Source: Glaucostegus cemiculus (Eukaryota). From it: a stretch of DNA of 64,000 nucleotides. The position numbers and the translations under genes were made by a program. The notes beneath the pieces were generated by a model. It was given only the letters and a program-made list of their open reading frames with translations, searched no databases and was not told where the DNA came from. Shown piece by piece: positions 36,588-49,379 of this stretch; positions within the stretch are counted from its first letter, which is position 1, and every line of letters begins with the position of its first letter. Where the stretch lies: assembly GCA_976551045.1 (NCBI GenBank), contig CDPCPM010000147.1, positions 4,278,001 through 4,342,000 of the forward strand, in the 5' to 3' direction.

Positions 36588-38460
36588 CTGTATCTGTTCC
36601 ATTCATAATTTTATGCACCTCTACAAGATCACCTTTCATTTTCATCTGCTCCAATGAAAAAGGCTGCAGCCTGCTCAACCTCTCTCCATAACTCATCCCT
36701 CGAGTCACATCGACAACCTCCGAAAGCTCCTCATCACTCTCAGGCTTAATGACATCTTTCCTGGAGAAGATTGACCAAAAAAAAGAGAACAATATTCCAA
36801 GTGTGGTCTCCACAGCATCTTTCATCACTTATATATTCAGTGCCCTGACTGATGACGGCCAGTCTGCCAAAAGCCTCTGCAGCACCTTGTCCAGCTACAA
36901 CACAACTGCCAGGAACCATGTAATTGTACATCTTGGTCCCTCTGTTTTATAACATTCCCCAGGGCCCAACCGTTCACTGTGATTTCTCACATTGATGTGT
37001 TCCCAAAATGCAAGATTCCACATTTATCCAGATTAAACTCTATTTGTCATTCCTTGGCCCACTTATCCAGCTGACCAAGATCCATCTGGAAATCCTGATA
37101 ATGACCTTCACTGTCAATGACATCACCTCTTTCAGTGGCAACTGCAAACTTACTACCATACCTTGTACATTCTCATTCACGTCATTGATATAGATAACAA
37201 ACAGCAATGGGCCCAGCACCAAGCCTTTGGGAACACCACTGGTTACAAGCTTCCAACCTGAAAAATAACCATTCACCATCACCCTCTGCTTTCTACCATC
37301 AAATCAATCCATATCCAATGAACAAACTCTGCCTGGATCTCCTGCGATTGAACATTCCACAGCAACTGACCATGTGGAACCTTATATATGGACTTCAGCA
37401 GGACCTTCTATATGATGTCTAATGCCCTGCCCTTAGCAACCACCATGGTTACTTCTTCAAAAAAACTTGATCAAACTCATGAAACATGATCTCCCACTGA
37501 CAAAACCATGCTGACTATCCCGAATCTACCCCACTCTTACCAAATGCTTGTATATTCTATCCTTTAGAATCCCAGGTTTTTCTTTGCAATCCATTCAACA
37601 TGAAAACACAACATTAACCTATTTCCCATCTGTTGGCACTTCACCTGTCACTGAGGGTAATGTTTATATTTCAGCCAGGGTTCCCTAAATTTCTACTGTC
37701 GCTTCCACAGTTTTCTTGGCTATCCCTGATCAGGCCCTGGAGGTTTATCAACCTTCCTACACTTTCAGACATCCGAATGCTGTAATGTGGACTATCCCCA
37801 AGATCTCCACATTAACTATCTCAAGGTCCGAAGTCTTCATTTCTTTCTCCACTATCTCAGCAGAGGAGAATTACACATTGAGGACCTCAACCATGTTTAC
37901 AGTGCCACACAAAGTTGTCCACTTTGATCTTTGGAGGGCCTTATTCTATCCCTACTTACTGTGTTCCCCTTAGTGTACATATCTCTGTGGATTCTCCTTC
38001 ATCTTCCCTGTCAAAGCCATCTCAAGCCCCATTTTTGCCCTTCTAATTTCCTGCTTCAGTGTACTCCTGCACCTTCTATACAATTTAACATATTCACATG
38101 ATCCAAGCTGCCCAGAGTGACCCATGCTTCCTTTTTTCCTGACCAGCCTGTCTATATCCCACCCAATCCATGTTTCATACTCCTCCTGCCAGCCTTGCCC
38201 TTCGTTCAACCAGGAACATGCGATCTTGAACTGTTGATATTTCACTTTTTAGGCCTCCCACTTGACTGACTTTCATTTGCCTGTAAACAGCCAATTCCAA
38301 TCAAATTTAAAGTTCCCGTCCAATCCTGTCAAGATATGCCCTGTTCAGATTTAGAACTTTGAATTCTGGACCAAATCTGCCCATTTCCCTAACTAATTTA
38401 AGCATAATAGATCTTTGACTACTCATCCCAAGGTGATTCTCCCACTGACAACTCAGGCAC
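36588..38460 (-). mobile_element. Degenerate CR1 LINE ORF2
   Basis: VTSGVPKGLVLGPLLFVIYIND (ORF 37040..37282), LKQEIRRAK...KENP (37970..38245), SYGERL...SLE. Confidence 0.85.
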
Positions 38461-39904
38461 TCATCTTAATGTATTTAAGAGTCAATGTGGTTATTCTGTG
38501 AAAATGGGAAGTGGTAGTTTAAATCGTTGTGCCACAAGCTGATGCAACAGCAAAACCGATATGGGTGTTTGTGTAGCACTGGGAATGCAGCATGATAGGA
38601 GGGGCTTAATGTGTCAGCAAGGCTATGACAGATTTGCGATATTAATTAATTCTAGGGTGAAGGAGTTAGTATAGGAAAGTGGTGTGAACGAAAAATCAGT
38701 TACAAATGTATTGCATAGAAGGGCCTGCATTTTACTTCAATGTTGTTGTGTGGAGGCCTTGGAAAGTGTGCAGAGGGGATTCCAAAGAATGATACAGGCA
38801 CAACCCTGAGACAAGACTGTTTTCTCTGATGGGAGCACAGGAAGTAAAGGGGAGAATTAACTTTCTTATTCATGGCATAGATGAGAATAATTATTCCCAT
38901 TTCACCAGCGTCAGTAAACAAAGGACAGTGATTACAGATAAGTAGCTGCAAAGTAATGACAGAATGAGAAACATGTCAGCATTGAAGCTTCTGGTAATTG
39001 CGCAGGCAGATAATGAAATATTACCCCATCAAAAGATGCAAATTATTGCAGCTTTACAAATTAGTACTTGTCTGTTTGTGAAGGTGTCATTTTCACCCTC
39101 GAAGCAACATTCATGAAGAAAGTGAGGGTCCCGAGTTACTTCCCCTCTGCAACTCACAAATCTGCAGTTTCCCAGGGTGATAAATTGAGGAGTCTGATGG
39201 ATGTAAACAATGCCACTCTTTATTCCTATGCCCTTCTATGCGCATTTGGAGTTATTTCAATACTAACCCAAATTAGCATTTCTGGAAAATTGACAGCAAT
39301 TTGTATTAAAATCCTGCAGCTGGTCTCGGCTCCGGGAATCCAAGTGCTGTTCCATTGTTGACAACTTGAGGGCAGATGTGGACTGTGAATGCAGACCCTA
39401 AGGAGCTGATGCACCTAGTTTTGAACAAAGATTTTTCCTTCTTGAACGCACGTTCTATTAAAGTATAACTTCATTCTATTAAAATGAAAGGAACCAAAAC
39501 CTCAAAATAAAAATAATTATAAAAATTAATTACAGATGAGGGGATTCTTCAGACCTACCAGGTTCCTCATTCTGCTGGAAATAAAAGGGTCTTTCACAGT
39601 CACAGTGCACACCTGGTCAGTATCAGTGAGACTCCATCCAGTCTGGAGGGTGACAGAAATTTGCATGACTTTTGTTCAAAAACTTTATGATTTTCTGTCA
39701 TTATTGCTCTTGTCCCAATGGATGAAAAACCAGATGGCCTTGGTCAGATCTGCCCTCTAGCAACAGGTGCCCATATATGGGCATGGGAAGCCAGGCCCTG
39801 CCACATTATATTTTAGGTTCATGACACAAAGAATATGAAGTTGGATCAGAGGCAACATTTGGACCAGTGAACACCTCTTCACTGCCTATCGATGTTTCGA
39901 GGGG

Positions 39905-40726
39905 TGTTACGAAACCAGCAACAAAAGAAGCACACCAATTCATACTTCAGTGTTAAAACTACTTTATTAATAACTACATCCGATAATATGTAAAATAAGA
40001 ATAAAAAGTTAGTATATTAGTACACAATAAAATATTAGAATCTTAAACTATAACCCCAAAACTACTAGTTGTGTGTGTGCGGCAAGTTCCAAAACTCCAA
40101 GTCCAGGAATTAGTTCTTAAAGTTCAGTTCAGTAAGCCGTAAGATGAAACACAAATAAAGGCTTCTTCACAAGCACAGAAGACAAAACATAGATATAGAG
40201 AGCGATTAGAGAGGAATCACGAAATCCGAATGTTCCACTCGAAACTCAAACGACACTTCAGGCCTTACTCGGTAGTGACTTTCTCACCCTGAAAACTCCT
40301 TGATCGTGACTGTCCATGCAAATACCTGTGTTCTTCTGCAGGTTAGCGGCAAAGTGAATTCCGTCACTTTGTTCCACAGTATCTGCCACTCTGAAGAGCA
40401 TCCAAAATGTGGTTGTTCACGCAAACACCTGTGTCCTTCTACAGGTTACCTACAAAGTGAACTCCACTGGACTGCTCCAGAAATCCATCCACGGATTTTA
40501 GTGACAAACACAGTTACTGTCCTTCATCCATCGACAGAAACAAAACAGGCTGCCGTCTCTCCTTCTTCTCTCTCTCCGTCTGTCTGTCTGTCTCTCTCTC
40601 CTATCTTTTTTCTCTCTTGTAATGACGTCATCACGTTAGTCTTATCTTCTGTTGACGTAATACATTGCACACACACAATGTCCCATCTTAAAGGGATATT
40701 TGCCTATAGTAAGCTACTTCGTAACA
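39905..40726 (-). mobile_element. Solo LTR of the Gmr1-like family (variant subfamily)
   Basis: TGTTACGAA...TTCGTAACA termini, TSD GGGG on both sides, colinear with 10848-11681 with scattered differences. Confidence 0.95.
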
Positions 40727-40764
40727 GGGGGCAGATGTCGAAATAAGTTGAAAGTTACCAGTAA

Positions 40765-41200
40765 ATCATAGAATCATAGAGTTATAGAGTCACAGCACAG
40801 GAACATGCCCATTGGTGGGAGCATGTCCACATCCACCATTAGGTACCAACTAAACTCAATTTATCAGCACACAATCTGAATCCTACTCTGCCTTGGTGAA
40901 TCATATACTAAATCATGTACATCTTTACAGTTGTGATGGCACAGCCTTCCCTAGACACCTCCAAGGTGGGGCACTCTAGATTGCAAATGCCCCTTTGGTG
41001 ATGAAGTTTTTCCTCAGAGCAACTGAGCAGCATACTCATCCCAATGATCCACTGCTGTGTTAATTGACACTTTGCCATGAAAATTTTCTGATCTCCTACC
41101 CTATCTGTGCCAATGATAATTCTCCACACATTCATTATGTCCCTGCTCAGCCAGCTGCTCTCCAAGGAAAACAAACCCAGCTGTTGTGTCCTCATTGGTC
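40765..41200 (-). mobile_element. CR1 3' end fragment
   Basis: The (catagaat)n tail is followed by a - strand LGLFSLE...L..D segment. Confidence 0.65.
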
Positions 41201-42349
41201 TCCACTCCTCTCCCACAAATCAACATGGCAGGGAAAGGAAGTTTGGATGTTGGAATAAACAGTTGTGCACAATGGTATGACCACCATCTGTTCTCAGGCA
41301 AATTCATAAACTGCTGTATGTTGCCTCCTGTGTAGGTGTGCAGTGGGAGAAAGAGCATTGTTTGACATGAATGACTGAACTATCGGAAATAATTAGGAGC
41401 ATGCTCTGGTAGTGTGAATGAACCATGGTGTCATTGAGTCAGAGACATACAGCACTGAAGCAAAACTCAGCCATTTGATGTGCAGAGTTCCAGATGTCCA
41501 TTGAACTATTTGGTGCAAATTCCTTTCATTGACACTGCCATCCGGTTTATGTTCAGGAATGCATTGAAGCATGCGTTGTCCTGTCCACTTACTCTGACAG
41601 ATAAGGTGTTTAAAAGAGACAGGAAGTGAAGATGCTCATCTTAAATTGCCTTGATTTAATCACCTTCCACTGTTGACTCTCCCTGATCTCCTGAAAATAC
41701 ATGAAAACAACATCAGCCTTTAGCTTTGTACTTGGAAAGCAAGTGAACTTCTGTGCAGCCTGTTGGTATAGTTGAACTGTTCCAATATTACTCCAGTCAA
41801 TGAACACTGCACTTTCTCATGTGCTTCTGAGTTACAGCACTGCAAAGGAGTGACAAATCCATGTGCTGGGGAAAGTGCAAATCTTGAAAAGTTTCCCTGG
41901 TTTTCTGATGTCCGGGGGGGGGGGGGCGTGTCGCAGATCTACTGGCCATTGGCTAACATTGAGCCAGATTCCTGTTGGAGATGACAATGAATATATTCTG
42001 TCTGTCATAAACTGTATATGATGCCCTACTTCACACATTCACCTATCTGGTTCAAAGTTGCTTTCGCCTTAAATTGCTTTCTGTTTGTTAGGTATGAAAA
42101 GACTCAAGCTTTACCAAGATCACCTCTTAGAACAGTAACTGTGCTCTTTGTTTTTTTTCCATAATGGCATTTTATGTAAACAAGTGGTAAGCAGTTTCAG
42201 AACATTCCCTCATTCTTTGAGGGAATTTGCCAGTAATTCACAGACATGGACAACAATTTAACTGCAGATTTCACTTCAACATCAGTAGTTCCATTGACTA
42301 ATTGTCATAGTCAATGTTTTATTTCTTGTACGTAAAGTGGCAACACTTA

Positions 42350-42670
42350 ACTTTAGTGATAACACATGTGCAAAGAGTGGTAAACAAGTCATACAGCATG
42401 CTTGCCTTCATCACTTGGGGTGCCAATTATAACTGTTGGGCTGTCATGTTGCAGCTGGATGAAACTCTGAATGGGCCACATTTGAAGCACTGCGTTTAGT
42501 TATGGTCCTTGCATTACAGGAAGGATAAAGAGGCACTGAACTGGCTCAAGAAATTCACTACGATGTTGCCTGGATTAGAGAGTGTCCAACTTATCACTGT
42601 CAGTAACAAAGTTAAATTGTTTTCGTTCCAACACTGGAGGCTAATGAGCGACTTGATAAAAAGTAGACAG
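42350..42670 (+). mobile_element. CR1 ORF2 fragment
   Basis: RVVNKSYSMLAFI...PHLKHCV*..HYRKD.EAL...FT.MLPGLE. Confidence 0.75.
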
Positions 42671-43379
42671 AGATTAAATTGCGGTAACTTTCCTGCACAA
42701 ACCAAGACTTTGAGGAGTGCTGCCTGCAACAGTCCTGGAATTACAGAGTGGGTCCATCCTGTAAACTAACTCACTTTGATCGATATTCTATAAACAAACT
42801 ACACAATCACATGATTCACAAATTTCAAATTTGGAATATTTAATCATTTCAAAAGAGCGCATGTGATCTTCAGTCTATTATGAGGCAGAATTTTTCACTG
42901 CTGTTTGTACAAGGTAGGGACGTGCACATCGTTCAAATATTGAAGCAGTCATGACCCTTATACAGGGGATAACATTGATGCTGTGCTCACAGTGGAGAAG
43001 TTATTTCTATTTCACACAAATCCAAAGAATTCATTGAAGTGCACCTCAATCTTTCTGCCTCTCCTTTGGCATTAACAATATCATTCAATTCTGTAACATC
43101 AACCATTACTTTGTAAGTTGTCTGAACCATTCACATAAACAATGGATACAAGACCAGAGCAGAGACATTGCATTCTCAAGCATGCCATCTGTAATTTAAA
43201 TAGCAAAACAGTTCCACCAGCTGCAATGTATGTGATGGGCTACACTGCAACTGTTCTACTGAGTACCTTTAAAATTCTAATTAAAAATCAAATGTTCCAC
43301 TAAACAGCAACACATCTGCCATTTTCAATGAGTTGCCACCCCCGCAAACTCAGTCTTCAATGGATGAGCTAATGCTGAG

Positions 43380-46260
43380 TCAACACTGCCAAATTACCAT
43401 GGACCCAATGCCTCCTGACTCTCTGAATAAGCCAAACCTTATCAAATGCCTTATGAAAATCCATCTACATATCATCCACTGTTCTACCTTCAGTGTGCTT
43501 TGTCACATCCTTAAATAATTCAGTCAGGCTCGTGAGGCAATAACCTGCCCTTCAAAGCCATGCCGACCGTCCCTAATCAACCTGTGCTTCTCCAAATGCC
43601 CATAAATGCTGTCTGTAAGAATTTTCTCCCGTAATTTGCCCAGCACTGAAGACCCACCCACTGGACTGTAATTCCTTGCAAAAATCCTATTCTCCAATGA
43701 TGTGGCACTACACTGTGGCTAGTGAGGACACCAATATCATCACCAATGATGCAGCAATCTCTTCCCTCGCTTCCTGTAATAACCTTGGATATATCTGTCC
43801 AGCCACGGTGACCAATCTATCCTAATGCTTTTCAGAAATTCCAGCACATCCTCATTACTCACATCGACATGCCTGAGCCTATCAGTTGTGCGCCATCCTT
43901 ATTCATTAAGGATTTCCCCTTAATCTTCCAACTCGAGGCACATGTTTCCTCTTATCCCTGATTGGTCCTACTCACACTATAGTTATCCTCCTATTCTTCA
44001 CACAAATTGGGGTTTTTCTTGATCCTACTGGCAAAGGACTTCTCATTCCCCATTTTATCTCTTCTGTCCATTCTTAAGCTCCTCCTGGCTACCTTGTAAT
44101 TCTCCATAGCCCTGTCTGCTCCATACTTTCTAAACTCCGGCTAAGCTTCTTTCTTCCTCTTGACAAGATATTCTACATCTCTTTTCATCTACAGTGTCTT
44201 CAGTCTGCCAGGTTTACCCTGCCTCAATGGGACAAACATATCTAGAACGTCATGCATATATTCCTTACAAAACCTCCATATTTCTGCTGTGTACTTCCCA
44301 AGAACATCTGTTCCCAAATTACACTCTCAAGATCATGCTTAATACCATGGTTATTCCACCTCCCCTAGTTAAATAGATTGCCATATCTTCTGCTTCTATC
44401 CCTCTCTAGGGCTATGCTAAAGTTCCAGGAATTATGGTCACTATCTCTAACATACTCTCCTACTGAGAGATCTGAAACCGCATCAGGTTCATTGCCTAGT
44501 ACCAGGGCCAGTACCGCCTATCCTCCAGTTGGCCTGTCCGCATATTGTTTCAAGAATCTTTCCTGTACACATCCAACAAACTCCGTCCCATCTTTCCCCT
44601 TTACACTTAGGGGGTGCCAATCAATATTAGGGGAGTTGAAATCACCACTAAGAACAACCCTGTTATTTTTGCACCTCTCAAAAATCTGCCTCCTGATCTG
44701 CTCCTCAGCATCTCTGCTGTTATTGTGGGGTCTGCAGAATACTCTCAATAGGGATATCACTCCCTGCCTGCATCTGACTTGCACCCACACTGTCTCAGTG
44801 GACGATACCTCCAGGACACCACCCCCTTTCTACAGCTGGGACACTATCCCTGATCAGCAAAGCCGCTCCCCCACCTCTTACTTCCATGGCAGTCCCTTTT
44901 GAAACATATAAATCCCAGAATATCCAGCAGCCATTCCTGGCCTTTTGACAGCCAATTCTATCTAATGACTACAACATCACAGCGCAGCGTAAGCACATGA
45001 AACTAAGTTCATCATCCTTGTTTTCAATACATCTCACATTAAGGTAGACACACTTTAGCCCATCCAATTGACTACAACTTTGTCTTTTCAACTGCCCTTC
45101 CCTCCTCCATCTTTCTACACTCTGCATTTACTTGTAAGCTAAATTATCCAACATCTAACCAATCACTTTTGCTCCCATTCCTCTGCCGAACGTGTTTAAA
45201 CTGTCCCCAACAGTTATACCAAAACTGCCCGCAAGAATATTTGTCCCCCTTAAGTCCACATGTAACCCATCTCTTTTGTTCTAGTCATACCTTCCCCAGA
45301 AGAGATAATGATCAACACATCTGAAAACCTGCCAACTGCACCAATTCCTCAGCCACACATTCATCTGCCAAATTATCAAATGCTCACCCTCACTGTCTCA
45401 TGGCACAGGCTATAATCCAGATGTTACTACCCTGGAGGTCCTGCTTTTCAGCTACCAACCCAGCTCACTATAATCCTTCTTCAGGACCTCATCTCTTTTC
45501 CTACCTAATTAATTGGTAACAATATGTCCCATGACCTCTGGCTGTTCACACTCCCCCTTATGAATGCTCTGGACCTGATCTGAGATGTCCCTGACCCTGA
45601 TACTGGTGAGGCAGCTTACAATCTGTGTGTCTTTCACATCCACAGAATCTCCTGTCTGCCCCACATACCATGGAATCCCCTATCACTACTGTTCTCTTGT
45701 TCCACACCCCTCCCCGCTTCCCTCTCTGGCTGAGTGCCAGAGACATGTTCACTGCCACTTTACTCTGGTAGGTTGTCACCCTCAAGAAAGTATCCAAAGT
45801 GGTATACTTGGTATTGAGGGGAACAGCCGCAGCAGTACTCTGCAGTACCTGACTATTCTCAGTCCTTCACTCACCCAGCTACCTGCCTCCTGCAGCTGTA
45901 GAGTGACTGCCTCACTGAGCCCTTATCTATCAACTCCACATTCTCCCATAGGAGCCAAAGGTCATCCTGCTGCAGTTCCCTAATATGGTCTGTTAGGAGC
46001 TGCAGCTGGATGCACCTCATGCAGATGCAGTTATCCAGGAGATTGGCTGTCTCCTGGAATTCCCACATCTCACAATCTCACACCACTGGCCCTGGAGACA
46101 TTCTCATTACTCTGTCCTATCATTAAAGAGAACAACACAACAAAGAAAGAAATGAAACTTATCAGAGACAAGATACCCTCATCTCTTCTCACTGAAGCTT
46201 CTTGAGACAAAGCATCAGCTACCCACTGATGCACTCATACAGAACTACTCCCAAAATAAC
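43380..46260 (-). mobile_element. Degenerate CR1 LINE retaining the 5' region (ORF1 zinc-finger/coiled coil, esterase, APE)
   Basis: MWEFQE...CICMRCIQLQLL..IREL (45871..46068); VVIGDSMV.GADRRFCG (45558..45797); VVLSGDFNSPNIDW (44518..44790). Confidence 0.87.
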
Positions 46261-47660
46261 TAGTCCTCTTCTACCTGACGTCCCTTTATTTGCTGCTGTT
46301 AATAAGCCAATCAACTGGTAACAATTTGCAAATGTGCCTCGTTTAGACGATTACAAGGTGAAGCTTGCAAGCTCAGGCACAGAGGCTCACCTCTTTTCAT
46401 AGGTTCCACTCCAAATCTCGTTATTTGGAAATGGTGTGTTTGAATCTGCCCTAAAAGCTGGACTTAATGAGTGGAAGAAGCAATACTGAGCTCCCATGAA
46501 AAAATAGTGAAAATGGAAAATGCTGGAATAGTACTATGCCAGTCAGTAAGCATCTGTGGAATGAAAACAGTCAACAATTTAGATGAATGACCCTTCATCA
46601 GACTTCAGAAAGAGAGAAACATTGAGTTTACTTTGCTGAAAAAATATCACTAAATCCAGTGGTATTTATCTGATAGAATGAAGACAAGTGGCAGTTGGAG
46701 TATCATAGAGCGGCTATGGATGTGTAGTTTGTCACTGATGTGGTTCCGCAACATTGGAGCACGCCCAGAAGACCACACTATATACAGGAAAAAAATTGAA
46801 GCAAAAATTGAGGCAGAAATGATTATTTTTTAGACGAATGATCAAAGCATTTGATAAATATTAACGAGTGCAACATGAAGTCTTGAAGCCTGTGAAGTCA
46901 CAATATGGAAGTTGTGACATTCCTGAAGCTTCTGTTGAATGGAACTGAACCTTGTAAAATGATCAGGGAACAACCCTACGTCAGATGGGATGATGAACGA
47001 AGATCATTGATGAAAACGCTGAAGCAAAAAGAAGCAGGAATTAGAGGGTCTCAGCACATGTCAGGCAGCTTCTGTGGAGGGAAACGTACAATCGACATTT
47101 CCGGTTCCGACACTTCATCGAGATTGAAAGAGTAGGGTGGAGAGAGCCAGTTTAAAGATGCAGGGTAGGGTGGGGCAAGAACTGGAAAAATGACAAGTGA
47201 ATCCCGTTGAGACGGTGGGATTGACAGTTGAAGGGCAGAAGGTTGGAAATAATGACAGAAGCTGAGAGGTGATAGTGGGAAAGAAACAAAGGGTGGTAAA
47301 TAATGGAATCTGAGAGGAAAGGAATGTGGAACATGGATCCAAATAAGGGACGTTGAATGGGAAGATGGGAACAGTCGGAGAGGGGACCCAGTGGGAGGTG
47401 TGTTTGGGTGATGAGCAGATGGAGTAGGTGGAGAAAGGGAAATAATCTGTGTGATACTGGGCTTGGACTGTGTGCAGGATGAACTGGTTAGAGCAGCAGG
47501 AAAGGTATGGCGACCGGGTTACCTGATATTGGTGAATTCAATTTTTATGCTTTTGGTTTGTAGTCTACCCGTGGAATTATGAGGTGCTGTTCTCTAGTTT
47601 GCATTTGGCCTCATCTTGGGCACTGAAGGAGTCTGATGACAGACTGGTCTGTGTGCCAAA

Positions 47661-48207
47661 TGGTATGTACCAGAAAATCAGAATCACTTTAATTGTCACT
47701 ACTATATACACATTCAGTGTACATAGGGGTGAAATACCATACTCCACAGATCAATGTGCTTGTCACATAAAAAAAAAAACAATGAGAGACACAAAGACAG
47801 AAAGACATTAACAACATTGGAACCACAAAATTAAATAGTCACTCTAATAGACAATCTTAAAATGAGCGTGCTGAGGCAGCAGACAACCGACATTTAAAGT
47901 GCTGGTGCATTTCTCTATGCCTAGCATCCTTTGGCGTTGGTTGGAGGGATGGAAGGATAAAGGAGTTCATAGTTTGTGGGAAGAAGCTATTGCAGAGTCT
48001 GGTAGACCTTGCCCGGATGCACTGGAGCCTTTTTTTCCGGATGGCAAGAGTGTAAAGATGTGGTAGAACTATATTCTCACTATATAACTAATCTACATAA
48101 CTATAGAAACACTCTGAGTCATGAACCAGTGTTAAATCTATTTTATTAATAACTACATGTAATGATAAGAAAGGTAAAAATGATAGATGTCAAAAACGAA
48201 ACTGGAA

Positions 48208-48285
<78 letters not shown>

Positions 48286-48830
48286 CAAATTCCCAAACTC
48301 CAAGCCGAGGAATAATTCTCAAAGTTCAATTCAGAAAGTCATCAGTTGAGACATGAGCAACGGCTTTTGCAGAACCACCATTGACTGAAGAGAAAATTTA
48401 GAGAGAATGTAGGGGTAAATTATGAAATCCAGATGTTCCACGATGGAACCCATACACCTCAATCCCTAATGATCTCAATTGCTTTGTTCCGAAGCATCTG
48501 GCATCCCGAACCCATTTGACAGGTGGCCGTCCACAGAAATGCCAATTTCCTTCTAAGGTTAATGACAAAGTGGATTCTACTTGTTTGCTACAAAAAAAAA
48601 CATGCATCAATTGTAGTGACATACAGAGCCATTGTTGTTCATCCATTGTTACGGAGACCAGCAGTCTCTCTCACTCTCTCTCTTCTCCGACTCACTTAAC
48701 TCACCAACTCACTGAGCAAAATCGTCAGCACGTTGTAATCTTGCTGTCTTGATGAGACCACACACACAACAACTCTCCTGTCCAGGTGCCTTAAAGGGAC
48801 ATTCACCAAATAGCAACCTGACTGGTAACA
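47661..48830 (-). mobile_element. Older solo LTR related to the Gmr1-like family, itself interrupted by a LINE 3' fragment (~47674-48060)
   Basis: TG...CA ends flanked by CAAA (47657-47660, 48831-48834). Shares blocks with the LTR at 10848: cagtgttaaa.cta.tttattaataactac, aaactccaag..aggaat, cttaaaggga. Confidence 0.75.
48209..48284. repeat. (TG)38 microsatellite
   Basis: Perfect dinucleotide run of 76 bp. Confidence 0.98.
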
Positions 48831-49379
48831 CAAAGGGGAGTGGAAGTAAAATGGCTTGAAACCGGGCTCTTCAGGTTGCCTTGGCCATGAAAAAGCTGAA
48901 GGTGGTTGGGCTTACGGCATTGTTCTGAGGACTTCCTCCAGTTGAGATCCGGGAGATGGGATGATTGTTCTAACAACCCCAGCACCCAGGTTTGTAAGAG
49001 TGTGTTCTTCGATATCAATGAGAATGTTATCATTTATTGGTCATTCTTTATTGGCTATTGCCCTGAAAACTACACTCCAGTCCGAGGTGAGAATCCCAAG
49101 TCAAACAGGGATAAGGGTTGGTAAGGATGGTGAATTTTGTACGTCAACAAATCAGATGGGTTTCAACAACAGTATCAGAGAATCAACATTCTCATGAGTG
49201 AGTACAGGGATTCATTCCAGATTTCTCTCATCCCTAACTGGAAGAAAAATAGTCCATCTATTGGAATGGGGTATAAAACAATATTCCAGGCCCCTGGACA
49301 CCACCCAGCAATTTAACCGCTAGAAGCAAATGACTGGCAATGAATTATTTTCAAAGTTAGTAACATTACATCGTCTGGA

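Larger units (their letters stand above)
38470..42090 (+). pseudogene. Decayed SRCR exons interrupted by a solo LTR and a CR1 tail
   Basis: ENGKW...SLC (38500-38535); QWM...SAL*Q..P..AW (39715-39790); CSG....RCP (41549-41582); EL...GVTNPCAG(K)VQI and YWPLANI (41829-41960). Confidence 0.5.
47010..48900 (-). mobile_element. Penelope-like element 3' region, split by a nested solo LTR (47661-48830)
   Basis: The - strand at ~47520-47610 resembles the PLE C-terminus (KLE...LQP..INIEF). The terminal repeat at 47020-47120 recurs elsewhere (e.g. 17110-17220, 23030-23160, 46510-46610, 62110-62200). Confidence 0.6.

Noticed and set aside
41914-41926. G13 run (possible G-quadruplex)
   Set aside because: Isolated homopolymer expansion within a decayed exon; its length is unreliable.
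48162-48356. ORF with a (CV)n repeat
   Set aside because: Translation of the TG microsatellite.
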